Counted from the first letter of the stretch, positions 10,697-20,526 are shown. The stretch is DNA of 64,000 nt from an uncultured Balneolaceae bacterium (GCA_963974345.1 CAXBBW010000018.1:2369-66368), one strand, 5' to 3'. Notes: generated from the sequence alone by a model not told the origin. Numbers and translations: made by a program.

Positions 10697-11743
10697 TCAA
10701 AATCCCATTTCAAGTGTAAGACTATGGATGTTACCCAATCTGCCCATGGTTTTATAGCCATAGCTGAGTTTAGCAAGTAATCCGGTAGACAATTTTTGAT
10801 GAACTCCGAATCCGGTGTTAAAACCTGATTCTACTTCTTTAAGAAACAAAGTTTCATAGCCTCCTCTCAAAAACACTCGCTGTTGAAATCCATATTCTCC
10901 ACCAACATTTACGCTTTCGTAATTCGAACTTGGATGAAGAGCATCTATCGCAATCAATACATTATGCATTGGAGTTTTAACGGGCTCGAAGGCAATCCCA
11001 AATTGAAAATTTAGAGGAAGACTCCATGAATCCGTTTCAAAATTAACGGGAATACGATCGTTGTTTCCTTCACTAATCGGATCGGGATCAACAAAGGTTC
11101 TTAAATCTCTCCCCTTCATTTTCATATCGCTACCGAAGTTGTAAATCGTAGCACCAATCACCATTCCGCCAAGAAAATCCGTTTTGTATTTAGTACCTAG
11201 ATCAATGGCAATGGCATTAGCTTTGGTATGCCAGATTCTTTGTTGGATGAACTTTAAGGTTCCACCAACACTAAATCGGTCGCCTACATTTGAAGCATAA
11301 GTAATCCCAAAAGATATATCAGCGGCATCAAAGGTTTCTCCGTTTCCATCCTGGAATTCTTCGGTTCGAACCAGCATTTCAGGAACACTAAGCATTGTAA
11401 GTGCGAAACCTACATTTCCAATTTTTTCAAAATTGAATACGGCGCCAATGTAATTGAAATCTAAACCGGTAACCCATTCACTATGTGTAGTAATGATTTC
11501 ATTCTTTGCCACAGAAGCAATTCCTGCCGGGTTCCAGTAAAGTGCTGAGGCATCATCAGAAACTGCAACAAATGCACCTCCCATTCCTGTTGCTCTACTA
11601 CCAACTCCTATTTGAAGGAATTCTGCAGCGGTAGTTCCAACTTTAGAAACCTTTTGTGCATGAAGCTGGATAGGTATAAACCCAAAGAATAGTACAGACA
11701 GAAAAATGAGATTCTTAATAGATATTTTCATGACTTTTCTCAT
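10697..11743 (-). CDS. PorV/UPF0164-like outer-membrane beta-barrel (T9SS cargo-shuttle family paralogue)
   Basis: Signal peptide, then GTTAAEFLQIGVGSRATGMGGAFVAVSDDASALYWNPAGIA, the hallmark N-terminal block of the PorV/UPF0164 family. Alternating beta-strand pattern with a terminal F. Start overlaps the upstream stop (ATGA). Confidence 0.65.
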   Translation of the reverse strand: MRKVMKISIKNLIFLSVLFFGFIPIQLHAQKVSKVGTTAAEFLQIGVGSRATGMGGAFVAVSDDASALYWNPAGIASVAKNEIITTHSEWVTGLDFNYIGAVFNFEKIGNVGFALTMLSVPEMLVRTEEFQDGNGETFDAADISFGITYASNVGDRFSVGGTLKFIQQRIWHTKANAIAIDLGTKYKTDFLGGMVIGATIYNFGSDMKMKGRDLRTFVDPDPISEGNNDRIPVNFETDSWSLPLNFQFGIAFEPVKTPMHNVLIAIDALHPSSNYESVNVGGEYGFQQRVFLRGGYETLFLKEVESGFNTGFGVHQKLSTGLLAKLSYGYKTMGRLGNIHSLTLEMGF

Positions 11744-14700
11744 TTTATCACCGCAAATCTTCCGGTTGTTTCACCAATACCTTCAGCCTCAATGTGATAC
11801 ATATAAACTCCAAAAGAGAGATTCATTCCGTCTTTAGTAACCAAATCCCATGCTTCCTGACCGTCCTCAATAGAAGAATCATGATAGAGTGTTTGTACTA
11901 ACTGTCCCGTGATCGTATAGATTCTGATAGTACATTTTGCAGGTAGTTTCATGAAATAAATGCGTCGTTCTCCCCTACCTGCCCGATACGTGTTTGCAGG
12001 TTCGAAATCGCTGGAAGCTACATATGGATTAGGTACTACAAAGACGTCTTTAAGACTTTCTTTTGCAAAATTTTTGTCCAATGCTCCCCCATTCATACTG
12101 AAGCGATATTGATCTGAATTTTGAAACGGTTTCGTAGTTTCGAAAACAAATGATGAACCGGGCTGGGGTTCTTCTCTGGTTAAATCAGGTTGAAGAACAG
12201 GATCTGGTGGAATTAAACGAATCGACCAACTCGCTCTCCAATTACCTCCAGCGAACTGAGGCTCCAATCCAGGTTCCGTTCCCATAATAATTACAATAAG
12301 CTCTCCATAATCGTATTGTCCATTACTTAATCCGTCTACATCTTCAATGATTGAAAAGCGTTCTTTTTGACCTGTAATCGTATTTTCAATATAGAATTTA
12401 GTAGGAATTTCACGCATCCCGAAAGCAACTCTCATTGAAGTATCAGATACATTTTCGGTAAAGTGAATTTCAAAATTAGCAGGATATCTGATAAATCTTG
12501 AAACAAACAAACTGTTATTTGAAGCCGGCTCTACCAGTGGAGTAAAGTTTCCACCATCACCTTCAAATCCAACACTACTATCAATAATTGTAATCTCAGA
12601 AGGGCCTTCAATATCAATCGAGAAACCATCAGCCAATGGGGTTTGAATAGTCCCTTCTTCTAGCGGACCTTCAAAAAAAGGCTCGCTGTCTCCCGTGCTT
12701 TGCAGTGTAGCAATCGGGTTTATATTGGTTTGCCAAGTAGAGTCGTTCTGAAAACTAAGAACATATTCTTTCCCTTCAACCACCGTACCTGTTGAAAGGA
12801 TATTAATTGAAATATTCCCAGTACCAATAATTTCTGATTCATCAAGATCGATATCAGGTGGAATATAACCAGCAGATGGAGCCCTTGGGACAACTACCGC
12901 AGTATTAACGTCTACATTGATATTCCCTGCTACATCATTTTTGATAATGGACGAGGTTGTGCTTGGCGAAATCCCTCTTATTTTTCCATCTTCACCAACC
13001 ACATAACCACCTTCAGAATCACGTTCCACATAACCCCGATCGTAAGGAACCAATGCATAATAGTACGTTTTCCCGTTGATTACATCCCGATCGATGTAGC
13101 TGTGTTTAAGTCCTGAATCATTACCCAGATTAAACTGAACTCCATTTACTGCTACAGGATGAAGTCCTCTTAATCCGTTTTTCAAGTCAAATTGAGCTAA
13201 TGGTTTTTGATAAATCGTACTTCCATAAGCATCGGTGATCAACAGATTTTCTTCAAAATTTGGTTCAGTTGAACGATAAATGAGATAACCTTCAAAATCG
13301 TATTCACCTAAAAACGGGTCGAACGAACTTTCTGCTTTATCATCCCAAAACAGAGTTACCATTTCGTCTCCTGCAACAGCAGTCAGGTTCGATTTATTTG
13401 GAGGACGAGCAAACTGGTAGTCAGCATTATAAATCTGCTGAACTATTTCTTTTTTTCGGGCAAGTGAAGAATTTGAAATATCTCTTGGATCGTTAAAATC
13501 TTTTTCCGCAAAAACCAAAGCCATTGAAAAACGTTCGGTTTGACCTGCTTTTAAAGGAAAAGCTCCAGACGAAAAGAACATCCCCAGATTTCTACCACCT
13601 TCAAGAACAATATCATCTAAAGGAGGAAGTGCTTCTGAAAAAAGCTCGAAATTCTGTTCATCATCAATCAACTCATATTGATGCACATCAAAAACTTGAA
13701 ACCCTGTTAATCCAATTTGGTCCGATTCATCTTTATCTAGACCATCAAAATTTGGCTCGCCTTCATCAGGTCTACCGTTTCCTTCACCTTCATCAATTCC
13801 AGGATAATTCGCTTGATTGGGACCTAATCCATCCATTCCCACATCATTATTAAGTGGCTCACCAGAATCCCAAATTCCGTTTTCATTGATATCTGAGTAG
13901 CTCAACCAATCCATATCCTCATCTCCAGTCCACCAATATCCAGATTGATAAGCTGGCATTTGTTCCAAGGGTAAATAGAACGTCTCAAATTTAGATATAT
14001 CATAGTTAGCTAGTACGTAACTCGTAATATTATCTTGACCTTCTATAAGTTGCCCTGCTCCACTTTCTCTACGCTCATTAGTAATCCCGTCAGAATCATT
14101 GTCTTTATTATCTGTAGAGTTCCCTGGTGATTCTAAGAATGAATAACCTGCAGTTCCTACTGGTCCCCATAAACCAGGAGAACCAATTCCATCATGATCC
14201 CACGCAAATGCGATATCTAAGTCTACATCATAGGCACCTTCATCATCACCTGAATCATCTGTTCCTCCTATTCCCCAATCAATGTATTGAGAGAAGTAGA
14301 CTTCGTCGTAATCAACATCACACTCGTTAGTAATTTCATACAACCAAAAAATTACATCTTGTGCCAAAGGGTGATTCCATTGAAATCCACGGGCTTTAAC
14401 TTCGATCCCTAAACCGCCCCGTGTTTCATCTCCCGTACATGGATAAAAATTATGTGGGGCTTTTGTCCATTCTTTATCTTCGGCATCATCATAAACGAAA
14501 TAGGTTTCCAAATCGGCATTAAGCACTCCTTTTCCAAACCATCCATTCCATTGTCCAGCCCAATCTACAGAACGATCTGGCCAAACTTGAGGCCATGTTC
14601 TGTTATCATCACTTCTTGCTGGAGAATCTTGCAATGGATTAGAAAAACCGTAAAGAGGAGCAAATCCCCAAGGCACTTTTGTAATTGGATCCAGATCAAT

Positions 14701-15039
14701 AAACTCTCTGTAATTTGTAGACATTGGAGTAATAGTATTTCCGAAAGCATCTTTGGTTTTTGCAGATACTATGAAAGCCACTCCATCCACATAAGAATGC
14801 CCACTTCCTTTAGGCCATTCTCCAGAAGGTTGATCTGGGTGACGAGCAATTTCTCCATGATTGGAAAACAATGTTCTTACTCTGTTTCCATCCATTACAC
14901 CCCATTGAGTCCACTTATTACTACCATGATCAATGTTTTCCTGAGCATTTACAGGTATAACCAATCCGGTTAAAACCAGGGCTAAGACGATAAGTAACCA
15001 CTGCATTTTCGTATTCAATATGTTCTCTTGTTTAATCAC
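11740..15039 (-). CDS. Large secreted surface protein with Ca-binding-like Asp-rich repeats and a variant T9SS C-terminal domain
   Basis: Signal peptide (MQWLLIVLALVLTGLVIPVNAQ if the ATG at 15006 is used; the longest ORF starts at GTG 15039). DxDxDG-like runs (DNKDNDSDG, DINENGIWDSGEP, DVGMDG, DKDESD). C-terminus VVPNPY...IRIYTITGQLVQTLY...GVYMYHIEA...RFAVIK. Confidence 0.55.
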   Translation of the reverse strand: MIKQENILNTKMQWLLIVLALVLTGLVIPVNAQENIDHGSNKWTQWGVMDGNRVRTLFSNHGEIARHPDQPSGEWPKGSGHSYVDGVAFIVSAKTKDAFGNTITPMSTNYREFIDLDPITKVPWGFAPLYGFSNPLQDSPARSDDNRTWPQVWPDRSVDWAGQWNGWFGKGVLNADLETYFVYDDAEDKEWTKAPHNFYPCTGDETRGGLGIEVKARGFQWNHPLAQDVIFWLYEITNECDVDYDEVYFSQYIDWGIGGTDDSGDDEGAYDVDLDIAFAWDHDGIGSPGLWGPVGTAGYSFLESPGNSTDNKDNDSDGITNERRESGAGQLIEGQDNITSYVLANYDISKFETFYLPLEQMPAYQSGYWWTGDEDMDWLSYSDINENGIWDSGEPLNNDVGMDGLGPNQANYPGIDEGEGNGRPDEGEPNFDGLDKDESDQIGLTGFQVFDVHQYELIDDEQNFELFSEALPPLDDIVLEGGRNLGMFFSSGAFPLKAGQTERFSMALVFAEKDFNDPRDISNSSLARKKEIVQQIYNADYQFARPPNKSNLTAVAGDEMVTLFWDDKAESSFDPFLGEYDFEGYLIYRSTEPNFEENLLITDAYGSTIYQKPLAQFDLKNGLRGLHPVAVNGVQFNLGNDSGLKHSYIDRDVINGKTYYYALVPYDRGYVERDSEGGYVVGEDGKIRGISPSTTSSIIKNDVAGNINVDVNTAVVVPRAPSAGYIPPDIDLDESEIIGTGNISINILSTGTVVEGKEYVLSFQNDSTWQTNINPIATLQSTGDSEPFFEGPLEEGTIQTPLADGFSIDIEGPSEITIIDSSVGFEGDGGNFTPLVEPASNNSLFVSRFIRYPANFEIHFTENVSDTSMRVAFGMREIPTKFYIENTITGQKERFSIIEDVDGLSNGQYDYGELIVIIMGTEPGLEPQFAGGNWRASWSIRLIPPDPVLQPDLTREEPQPGSSFVFETTKPFQNSDQYRFSMNGGALDKNFAKESLKDVFVVPNPYVASSDFEPANTYRAGRGERRIYFMKLPAKCTIRIYTITGQLVQTLYHDSSIEDGQEAWDLVTKDGMNLSFGVYMYHIEAEGIGETTGRFAVIK

Positions 15040-15049
15040 TATTTATCCT

Positions 15050-17719
15050 TTAAAAACTTATGTTCAAACCAATGCTAACCCGTCTGGGAGCAGAGTAGAA
15101 ATCGGGTCGAAATAAATATTCGTCTTTGGTATTTAATCCTTGTGGAATTCCTGTTTGAAACTGCAGATTTGGAAAAGCTCTTCCCGTATCGGTATACACT
15201 TCAGTTTCATTCTGAGTATCGAATAGGTTATAAATTCTTGCAAACAAACTGGCATTAGTACCTTTAATAGTAAAACTTTTAGAGGCATACATATCAAAGT
15301 TGATGTAGGTTGGTTTCCTGTCTGAGTTCACCAATCCAATTCTCTCGTTCGATTTTGAAGGGGTATAAGGAAATCCGGAGCCATATTCACCAAGTATCGT
15401 TAATATCCAATTACTCTTTGTCAAAAAGCTTGTACTGGCATTCAGTTGATGCCTTCTGTCCCAATCTAATGGTACCAATTGTTTTTCAGTTTGTACTCCA
15501 GCCAGTTCGTCTAAGGCTCTTGATTGTGGGTCACTGGCATTTCCAGATGCAACCTGAAACGAATAATTTATATTGAAACTGAAATTATTCTGCATTCTTT
15601 TTTCAACATTCAGTATCAGTCCTTTAGTTTGACCATAATCAGTGTTGATATATCTTCCATATTTAGAAAGTGGGAATGGTTCATCAAAACCAGGTTGAAT
15701 GGTTTCGATTCGGGTACCAAGTAGATTTCTAATATCTTTATAAAAAGCAGTAACCTGCACTGAAAGAATATTACTAAAGCCTTGCTGAAGCCCAATTTCA
15801 TAAGAAACCGTTTGCTGTGGTTTCAAATCTGGATTACCAAAAATACGGCTTAATCCAACTTCTGGGTTATAAGTATAATCCGGGTTTATATAGAGATATT
15901 GAAAAGAAGGAACCTGAAAGAAATGACCATAAGAAACATGAACAACTCCAGTTTCTGAAATGGTATAAGCGATTCCAAATCGGGGGGAAATTTGCCAGTT
16001 TGGGGAGGTATTTGATTTAGCAGAGGTCGTTGGTTGTCCATAATCTGAAGGGAATGTACTGTTTGCATCAAAATAATCGTACCTAAGCCCCATATTAACT
16101 ACCATATAGTCAAACTCTATTTTATCCTGTATATAAGCACTTACTTCAATAGGTCGCTCATCAAAATAAACATGATCGGGAGTTCCCTCAGGTGGAATTG
16201 CCGGCTCAAAACTGGTTGATGAATTGTTCAATACATCGAACGTTCTGAATTCAATAGAATAAAGTTTTAACAAAGCTCCTGCTTTTACCATATTCTGGCG
16301 ATTCATTTGGCTGGTAATATCAAAACCAGTTAATAAAGTCCCGGTTTCCCTTGTCGTATGATCCATTACAACACCACCTCTGTAAAACCCGAAATTACCT
16401 CCAAGAAAACTCTGAGCGTCATCTCTTGGATATCTGGGATCAAGTGGATTTTCGTAAACATACGATTTACTCCGGTTAATAAAGTAAGCCCCCTTCAGAT
16501 TGATGAAAGTTTTATTACTTATCAAATAGTTGTCTACAATATTAAGACTTATGGATTCTCCATAATTGGTAGGAATTCCATCGGGGTTATAGCTGTATAG
16601 GTGATTATAGCCTTGACCTTCATCATTTTGATATAAACCCGTAACTGATAGTTTATTCCCTTTTATATGGGAAGATGTGAGCTTTAACTGAACCGTATTT
16701 TGCTTACTCCAATTCATAGAACTGTATGAACTATCTCCTAATTCAGGTACAAAAACCTGTCTTCCATCCACTGTTACAAATTCACCATTCTCCTGACCGT
16801 CATATTTTGGCCGAACAATATTTTGTCCATATAAATAACCGTCATCGTTTACAGCTCTGCCCGACATAAAGAAATGAAGTTTATTATTGAACCCTGGAAC
16901 AGATCCACTTAGAGAACCTTGAAAATCATATATATCAAGTGGTGAAATAGATTTATTGTTTTGGAATGCTTCATTATTCGTAGTTATATAATCTCCACTA
17001 TAAACTGAGAAGTTACCTTCATATTCATCTCGACCATCTTTGGTAACAATATTTACTACACCTGATTGTGCCTGCCCAAATTCTGCATTAAATGTTCCTG
17101 AAATAACTTCCACTTCCTGTATGGAATTGTTTTCCACCTGATAGGCATAGGAGTTATCGAACGAATCGTTGATAGGAATTCCATCTACCAGATAAGCAAC
17201 TTCTCCAAGTCTCCCCCCTCTAAAGTGACCATCAACTACTCCGGCCTGAAGGTTTACAACATCATTGAAGTTTTCAACTGGCATAATTTGCATTTCAGCT
17301 GAAGAAATAGATGCTTTCGATGAAGTTAAATCCTTTTCGACAATAGGTCTCTCAGCAGTTACAACTACTTCCTCTCCTTCAAACACACTTTCGCTTAAAG
17401 TAAAATCAATATTCGTTGTTTGGTTGATTTTAACTCGGACATCCTGAACAATTTGAGTTTTAAATCCCAAAAAAGAAGCTTTTAAATTATACGTACCCGG
17501 TGTAATATTTAAGATTACATAATAACCTTCAAAATCGGTTACTGCACCTTGTAAAGTACCTTCAATAACTACATTAACACCCGGTAATGTTTCTCCGGTC
17601 TCTGCATCAACTATCTGACCGGTAATTTTACCGGTAGTTAAAATATTAGGAGCCTTAGTTCCATTAATCAGAAATAAAGTGACAACAATCAGAAGAAGGG
17701 CACTCTTTGTTATTTGCAT
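15050..17719 (-). CDS. TonB-dependent receptor with N-terminal CarboxypepD_reg domain (not obviously SusC-type)
   Basis: GKITGQIVDAETGETLPGVNVVIEGT...YNLKASFLGFKTQ (carboxypeptidase regulatory-like). Plug region EEVVVTAERPIVEKD...MPVENFNDVVNLQAGV. C-terminal barrel ending in F. ATG at 17719 (MQITKSALLLIV...) is preferred to 17782. Confidence 0.85.
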   Translation of the reverse strand: MQITKSALLLIVVTLFLINGTKAPNILTTGKITGQIVDAETGETLPGVNVVIEGTLQGAVTDFEGYYVILNITPGTYNLKASFLGFKTQIVQDVRVKINQTTNIDFTLSESVFEGEEVVVTAERPIVEKDLTSSKASISSAEMQIMPVENFNDVVNLQAGVVDGHFRGGRLGEVAYLVDGIPINDSFDNSYAYQVENNSIQEVEVISGTFNAEFGQAQSGVVNIVTKDGRDEYEGNFSVYSGDYITTNNEAFQNNKSISPLDIYDFQGSLSGSVPGFNNKLHFFMSGRAVNDDGYLYGQNIVRPKYDGQENGEFVTVDGRQVFVPELGDSSYSSMNWSKQNTVQLKLTSSHIKGNKLSVTGLYQNDEGQGYNHLYSYNPDGIPTNYGESISLNIVDNYLISNKTFINLKGAYFINRSKSYVYENPLDPRYPRDDAQSFLGGNFGFYRGGVVMDHTTRETGTLLTGFDITSQMNRQNMVKAGALLKLYSIEFRTFDVLNNSSTSFEPAIPPEGTPDHVYFDERPIEVSAYIQDKIEFDYMVVNMGLRYDYFDANSTFPSDYGQPTTSAKSNTSPNWQISPRFGIAYTISETGVVHVSYGHFFQVPSFQYLYINPDYTYNPEVGLSRIFGNPDLKPQQTVSYEIGLQQGFSNILSVQVTAFYKDIRNLLGTRIETIQPGFDEPFPLSKYGRYINTDYGQTKGLILNVEKRMQNNFSFNINYSFQVASGNASDPQSRALDELAGVQTEKQLVPLDWDRRHQLNASTSFLTKSNWILTILGEYGSGFPYTPSKSNERIGLVNSDRKPTYINFDMYASKSFTIKGTNASLFARIYNLFDTQNETEVYTDTGRAFPNLQFQTGIPQGLNTKDEYLFRPDFYSAPRRVSIGLNISF

Positions 17720-17803
17720 GATATGTGTTAGGTCAACGGTTGGTTTTAAAAAGGATTCCCGGGCATTCAACCCGAGATCCATGGATATAACATGATTGTT
17801 ATA

Positions 17804-20455
17804 TTATTTAATCAATGTCATTCTTTTCACTTCAGCAAAATTAGAAGTGCTTAAGCGGTACAAGTAAACTCCACTTGGTAAGTTCGCCGCATTAAAGTTA
17901 ATGCTATGCATACCACTGCTCATTTTCGAATCTGTAATTAAATCTGCTACTTTTTGCCCCAGCATATTGAATACTGAAAGACTAACAACGTCAGTTTGAG
18001 CAAGCTCAAAACTAATATTAGTAGAAGGGTTGAAAGGATTCGGGTAATTTTGATTTAACTGAACTTTGAGAGGTCGATCTGTTCTTTCCGCGGGTTCGTT
18101 AGCAACCAATGTACCAACCGGAAGATCTGCTAGATTGGTGATACTAACATCATCCCAATAAGTAACGCCTTCGAAATGGTGCCAGTAGCGCAGGCGGACT
18201 TCCAAGCCAACCGCATCATCTGGTGGATAAACCACAAATGCGTATTGAGTCCAACCAGAATCTTCCACCCGGGTAGCTAACGGGATTACGTTTGGATTGT
18301 AATCACCATTTAATCGAATGTCTAGGCCTCCAATTTCGTTATAACCTGCTGCTCCAGATTCTAAGCTGCTATACCAAAGTGCGGTCATCCCAATATTGTT
18401 GTCTGCTTTCCCAATACTGTCTGGGAAAGGAACGTCCTCGTACTTCACCCAGTAGCTAACTAATACAGGTTCGCCAGTAGTTACCGGAACACGATCACTA
18501 ATTGCAACGGCTTCGCTACCTTCTGCATTTAGCTGTTCAATTCTATGACTATACGTTCCGGTATGCGCTTCAGCATCGGTTCGAGTCATCGCAAACTGTA
18601 AAGTTTCAGGCCAATCTGCTGCGCCTTGATCAAAATTACCTGGAGCATACCAAGTATACCAGGTATCGCCCATGTCCATATTTGGATTGAACCAACCACC
18701 AGCCCAGCCTTCAGCTCCTTCTGCTGCGCGGATAAAGATATCTTCTAAGTATACCGTACCAGTAGCACTTGCTCCTTTACGGAAGGTAATGCGAACACTT
18801 TTAGCTGCCTGTGAAGTAGGCAATGTAATTGCTCCCAAAGATAAACTGTTTATTTCTACCCAACCTGAACTTGCAGCATCTTGTGGTACATCAATTACAA
18901 CTGGTGCACCTAGTACATCAACTCCTTGGGCGTCAAAAAACTCATACACTAATTGGAATTTTTCAGCATCGGTAGCTGGGTTTGTATTTACTCCCTCTAC
19001 AAATACCCAGCCTCCTACAATGATTTCAGGAGTTCCATCACCAGGAATTCCTCCTACCCAATTACGCACTGCTTCACCTTGCGCCCATGAGGCCGCTCCG
19101 GTGCCACTTAATTTTAAGCTATAACTTGGGGTACGGTACTGTTCGGTACTCCATGTTGCTCCTGCCCCTTCCGGACTCCAATAAGCTGGGGTTTCTGCTT
19201 CAAACCCACCATTGCTTAGAAGATCTTCCATATTATCTGTTATATCAGAAACAGGTGCAATAAAAACATCATCCCAATAAGTAACGCCTTCGAAATGGTG
19301 CCAGTAGCGCAGGCGGACTTCCAAGCCAACCGCATCATCTGGTGGATAAACCACAAATGCGTATTGAGTCCAACCAGAATCTTCCACCCGGGTAGCTAAC
19401 GGGATTACGTTTGGATTGTAATCACCATTTAATCGAATGTCTAGGCCTCCAATTTCGTTATAACCTGCTGCTCCAGATTCTAAGCTGCTATACCAAAGTG
19501 CGGTCATCCCAATATTGTTGTCTGCTTTCCCAATACTGTCTGGGAAAGGAACGTCCTCGTACTTCACCCAGTAGCTAACTAATACAGGTTCGCCAGTAGT
19601 TACCGGAACACGATCACTAATTGCAACGGCTTCGCTACCTTCTGCATTTAGCTGTTCAATTCTATGACTATACGTTCCGGTATGCGCTTCAGCATCGGTT
19701 CGAGTCATCGCAAACTGTAAAGTTTCAGGCCAATCTGCTGCGCCTTGATCAAAATTACCTGGAGCATACCAAGTATACCAGGTATCGCCCATGTCCATAT
19801 TTGGATTGAACCAACCACCAGCCCAGCCTTCAGCTCCTTCTGCTGCGCGGATAAAGATATCTTCTAAGTATACCGTACCAGTAGCACTTGCTCCTTTACG
19901 GAAGGTAATGCGAACACTTTTAGCTGCCTGTGAAGTAGGCAATGTAATTGCTCCCAAAGATAAACTGTTTATTTCTACCCAACCTGAACTTGCAGCATCT
20001 TGTGGTACATCAATTACAACTGGTGCACCTAGTACATCAACTCCTTGGGCGTCAAAAAACTCATACACTAATTGGAATTTTTCAGCATCGGTAGCTGGGT
20101 TTGTATTTACTCCCTCTACAAATACCCAGCCTCCTACAATGATTTCAGGAGTTCCATCACCAGGAATTCCTCCTACCCAATTACGCACTGCTTCACCTTG
20201 CGCCCATGAGGCCGCTCCGGTGCCACTTAATTTTAAGCTATAACTTGGGGTACGGTACTGTTCGGTACTCCATGTTGCTCCTGCCCCTTCCGGACTCCAA
20301 TAAGCTGGGGTTTCTGCTTCAAACCCACCATTGCTTAGAAGATTAATACTTTCAGCTTGTGAAAGTATGGTATTAGTTTGAGCCATAACTGAACTTGATA
20401 CCAAAAAGGTAAAAAGAAACAGCGTACTCAAACATATTTTAGTAAATGTTTTCAT
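17804..20455 (-). CDS. T9SS-secreted protein with two identical ~360-aa CBM4/9-like (NGGFE...) double modules; putative surface glycan-binding protein
   Basis: Signal peptide MKTFTKICLSTLFLFTFLVSSSVMAQ (ATG at 20455; the longest ORF begins at TTG 20497). Repeated LLSNGGFEAETPAYW...GTVYLEDIFI and ...VTYWDDV jelly-roll-like modules. C-terminal LNQNYPNPFNPSTNISFEL...GVYLYRL...MTLIK. Confidence 0.65.
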   Translation of the reverse strand: MKTFTKICLSTLFLFTFLVSSSVMAQTNTILSQAESINLLSNGGFEAETPAYWSPEGAGATWSTEQYRTPSYSLKLSGTGAASWAQGEAVRNWVGGIPGDGTPEIIVGGWVFVEGVNTNPATDAEKFQLVYEFFDAQGVDVLGAPVVIDVPQDAASSGWVEINSLSLGAITLPTSQAAKSVRITFRKGASATGTVYLEDIFIRAAEGAEGWAGGWFNPNMDMGDTWYTWYAPGNFDQGAADWPETLQFAMTRTDAEAHTGTYSHRIEQLNAEGSEAVAISDRVPVTTGEPVLVSYWVKYEDVPFPDSIGKADNNIGMTALWYSSLESGAAGYNEIGGLDIRLNGDYNPNVIPLATRVEDSGWTQYAFVVYPPDDAVGLEVRLRYWHHFEGVTYWDDVFIAPVSDITDNMEDLLSNGGFEAETPAYWSPEGAGATWSTEQYRTPSYSLKLSGTGAASWAQGEAVRNWVGGIPGDGTPEIIVGGWVFVEGVNTNPATDAEKFQLVYEFFDAQGVDVLGAPVVIDVPQDAASSGWVEINSLSLGAITLPTSQAAKSVRITFRKGASATGTVYLEDIFIRAAEGAEGWAGGWFNPNMDMGDTWYTWYAPGNFDQGAADWPETLQFAMTRTDAEAHTGTYSHRIEQLNAEGSEAVAISDRVPVTTGEPVLVSYWVKYEDVPFPDSIGKADNNIGMTALWYSSLESGAAGYNEIGGLDIRLNGDYNPNVIPLATRVEDSGWTQYAFVVYPPDDAVGLEVRLRYWHHFEGVTYWDDVSITNLADLPVGTLVANEPAERTDRPLKVQLNQNYPNPFNPSTNISFELAQTDVVSLSVFNMLGQKVADLITDSKMSSGMHSINFNAANLPSGVYLYRLSTSNFAEVKRMTLIK
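18146..20343. repeat. Direct duplication: two apparently 100% identical 1079-bp copies (18146-19224 and 19265-20343) separated by a unique 40-bp linker; period 1119 bp
   Basis: Line-by-line comparison at offset 1119 showed no mismatch. The shadow ORFs 18502-18690/19621-19809 and 18672-19124/19791-20243 in the track are identical. Confidence 0.9.
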
Positions 20456-20514
20456 AGAGTTCTGCTTATTTATTAATGTTTTATCTGATCTATCCAACGA
20501 CTAGTATCACTTTA

Positions 20515-20526
20515 GGAAGCGCTACC
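20515..20526. promoter_or_regulatory. Candidate LacI-family operator half-degenerate palindrome upstream of the glycan operon
   Basis: GGAAGCGCTACC shares the core GAAGCGCT with the perfect palindrome at 21609-21622. It lies ~60 nt upstream of ATG 20455. Confidence 0.35.

Noticed and set aside
14452-14973. 173-aa plus-strand ORF and the other short ORFs nested in large genes (e.g. 293-532, 3258-3527, 9652-9996, 13524-13853, 24011-24316, 25089-25403, 32481-32831, 47134-47442)
   Set aside because: All lie entirely inside, and mostly antisense to, long ORFs with clear family signatures. They have no independent motifs.
18502-20243. Plus-strand ORFs 18502-18690, 18672-19124, 19621-19809 and 19791-20243
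   Set aside because: They are antisense shadows of the GC-richer CBM-repeat gene. Their duplication simply reflects the 1119-bp period, and their sequences are proline/serine/alanine-rich nonsense.
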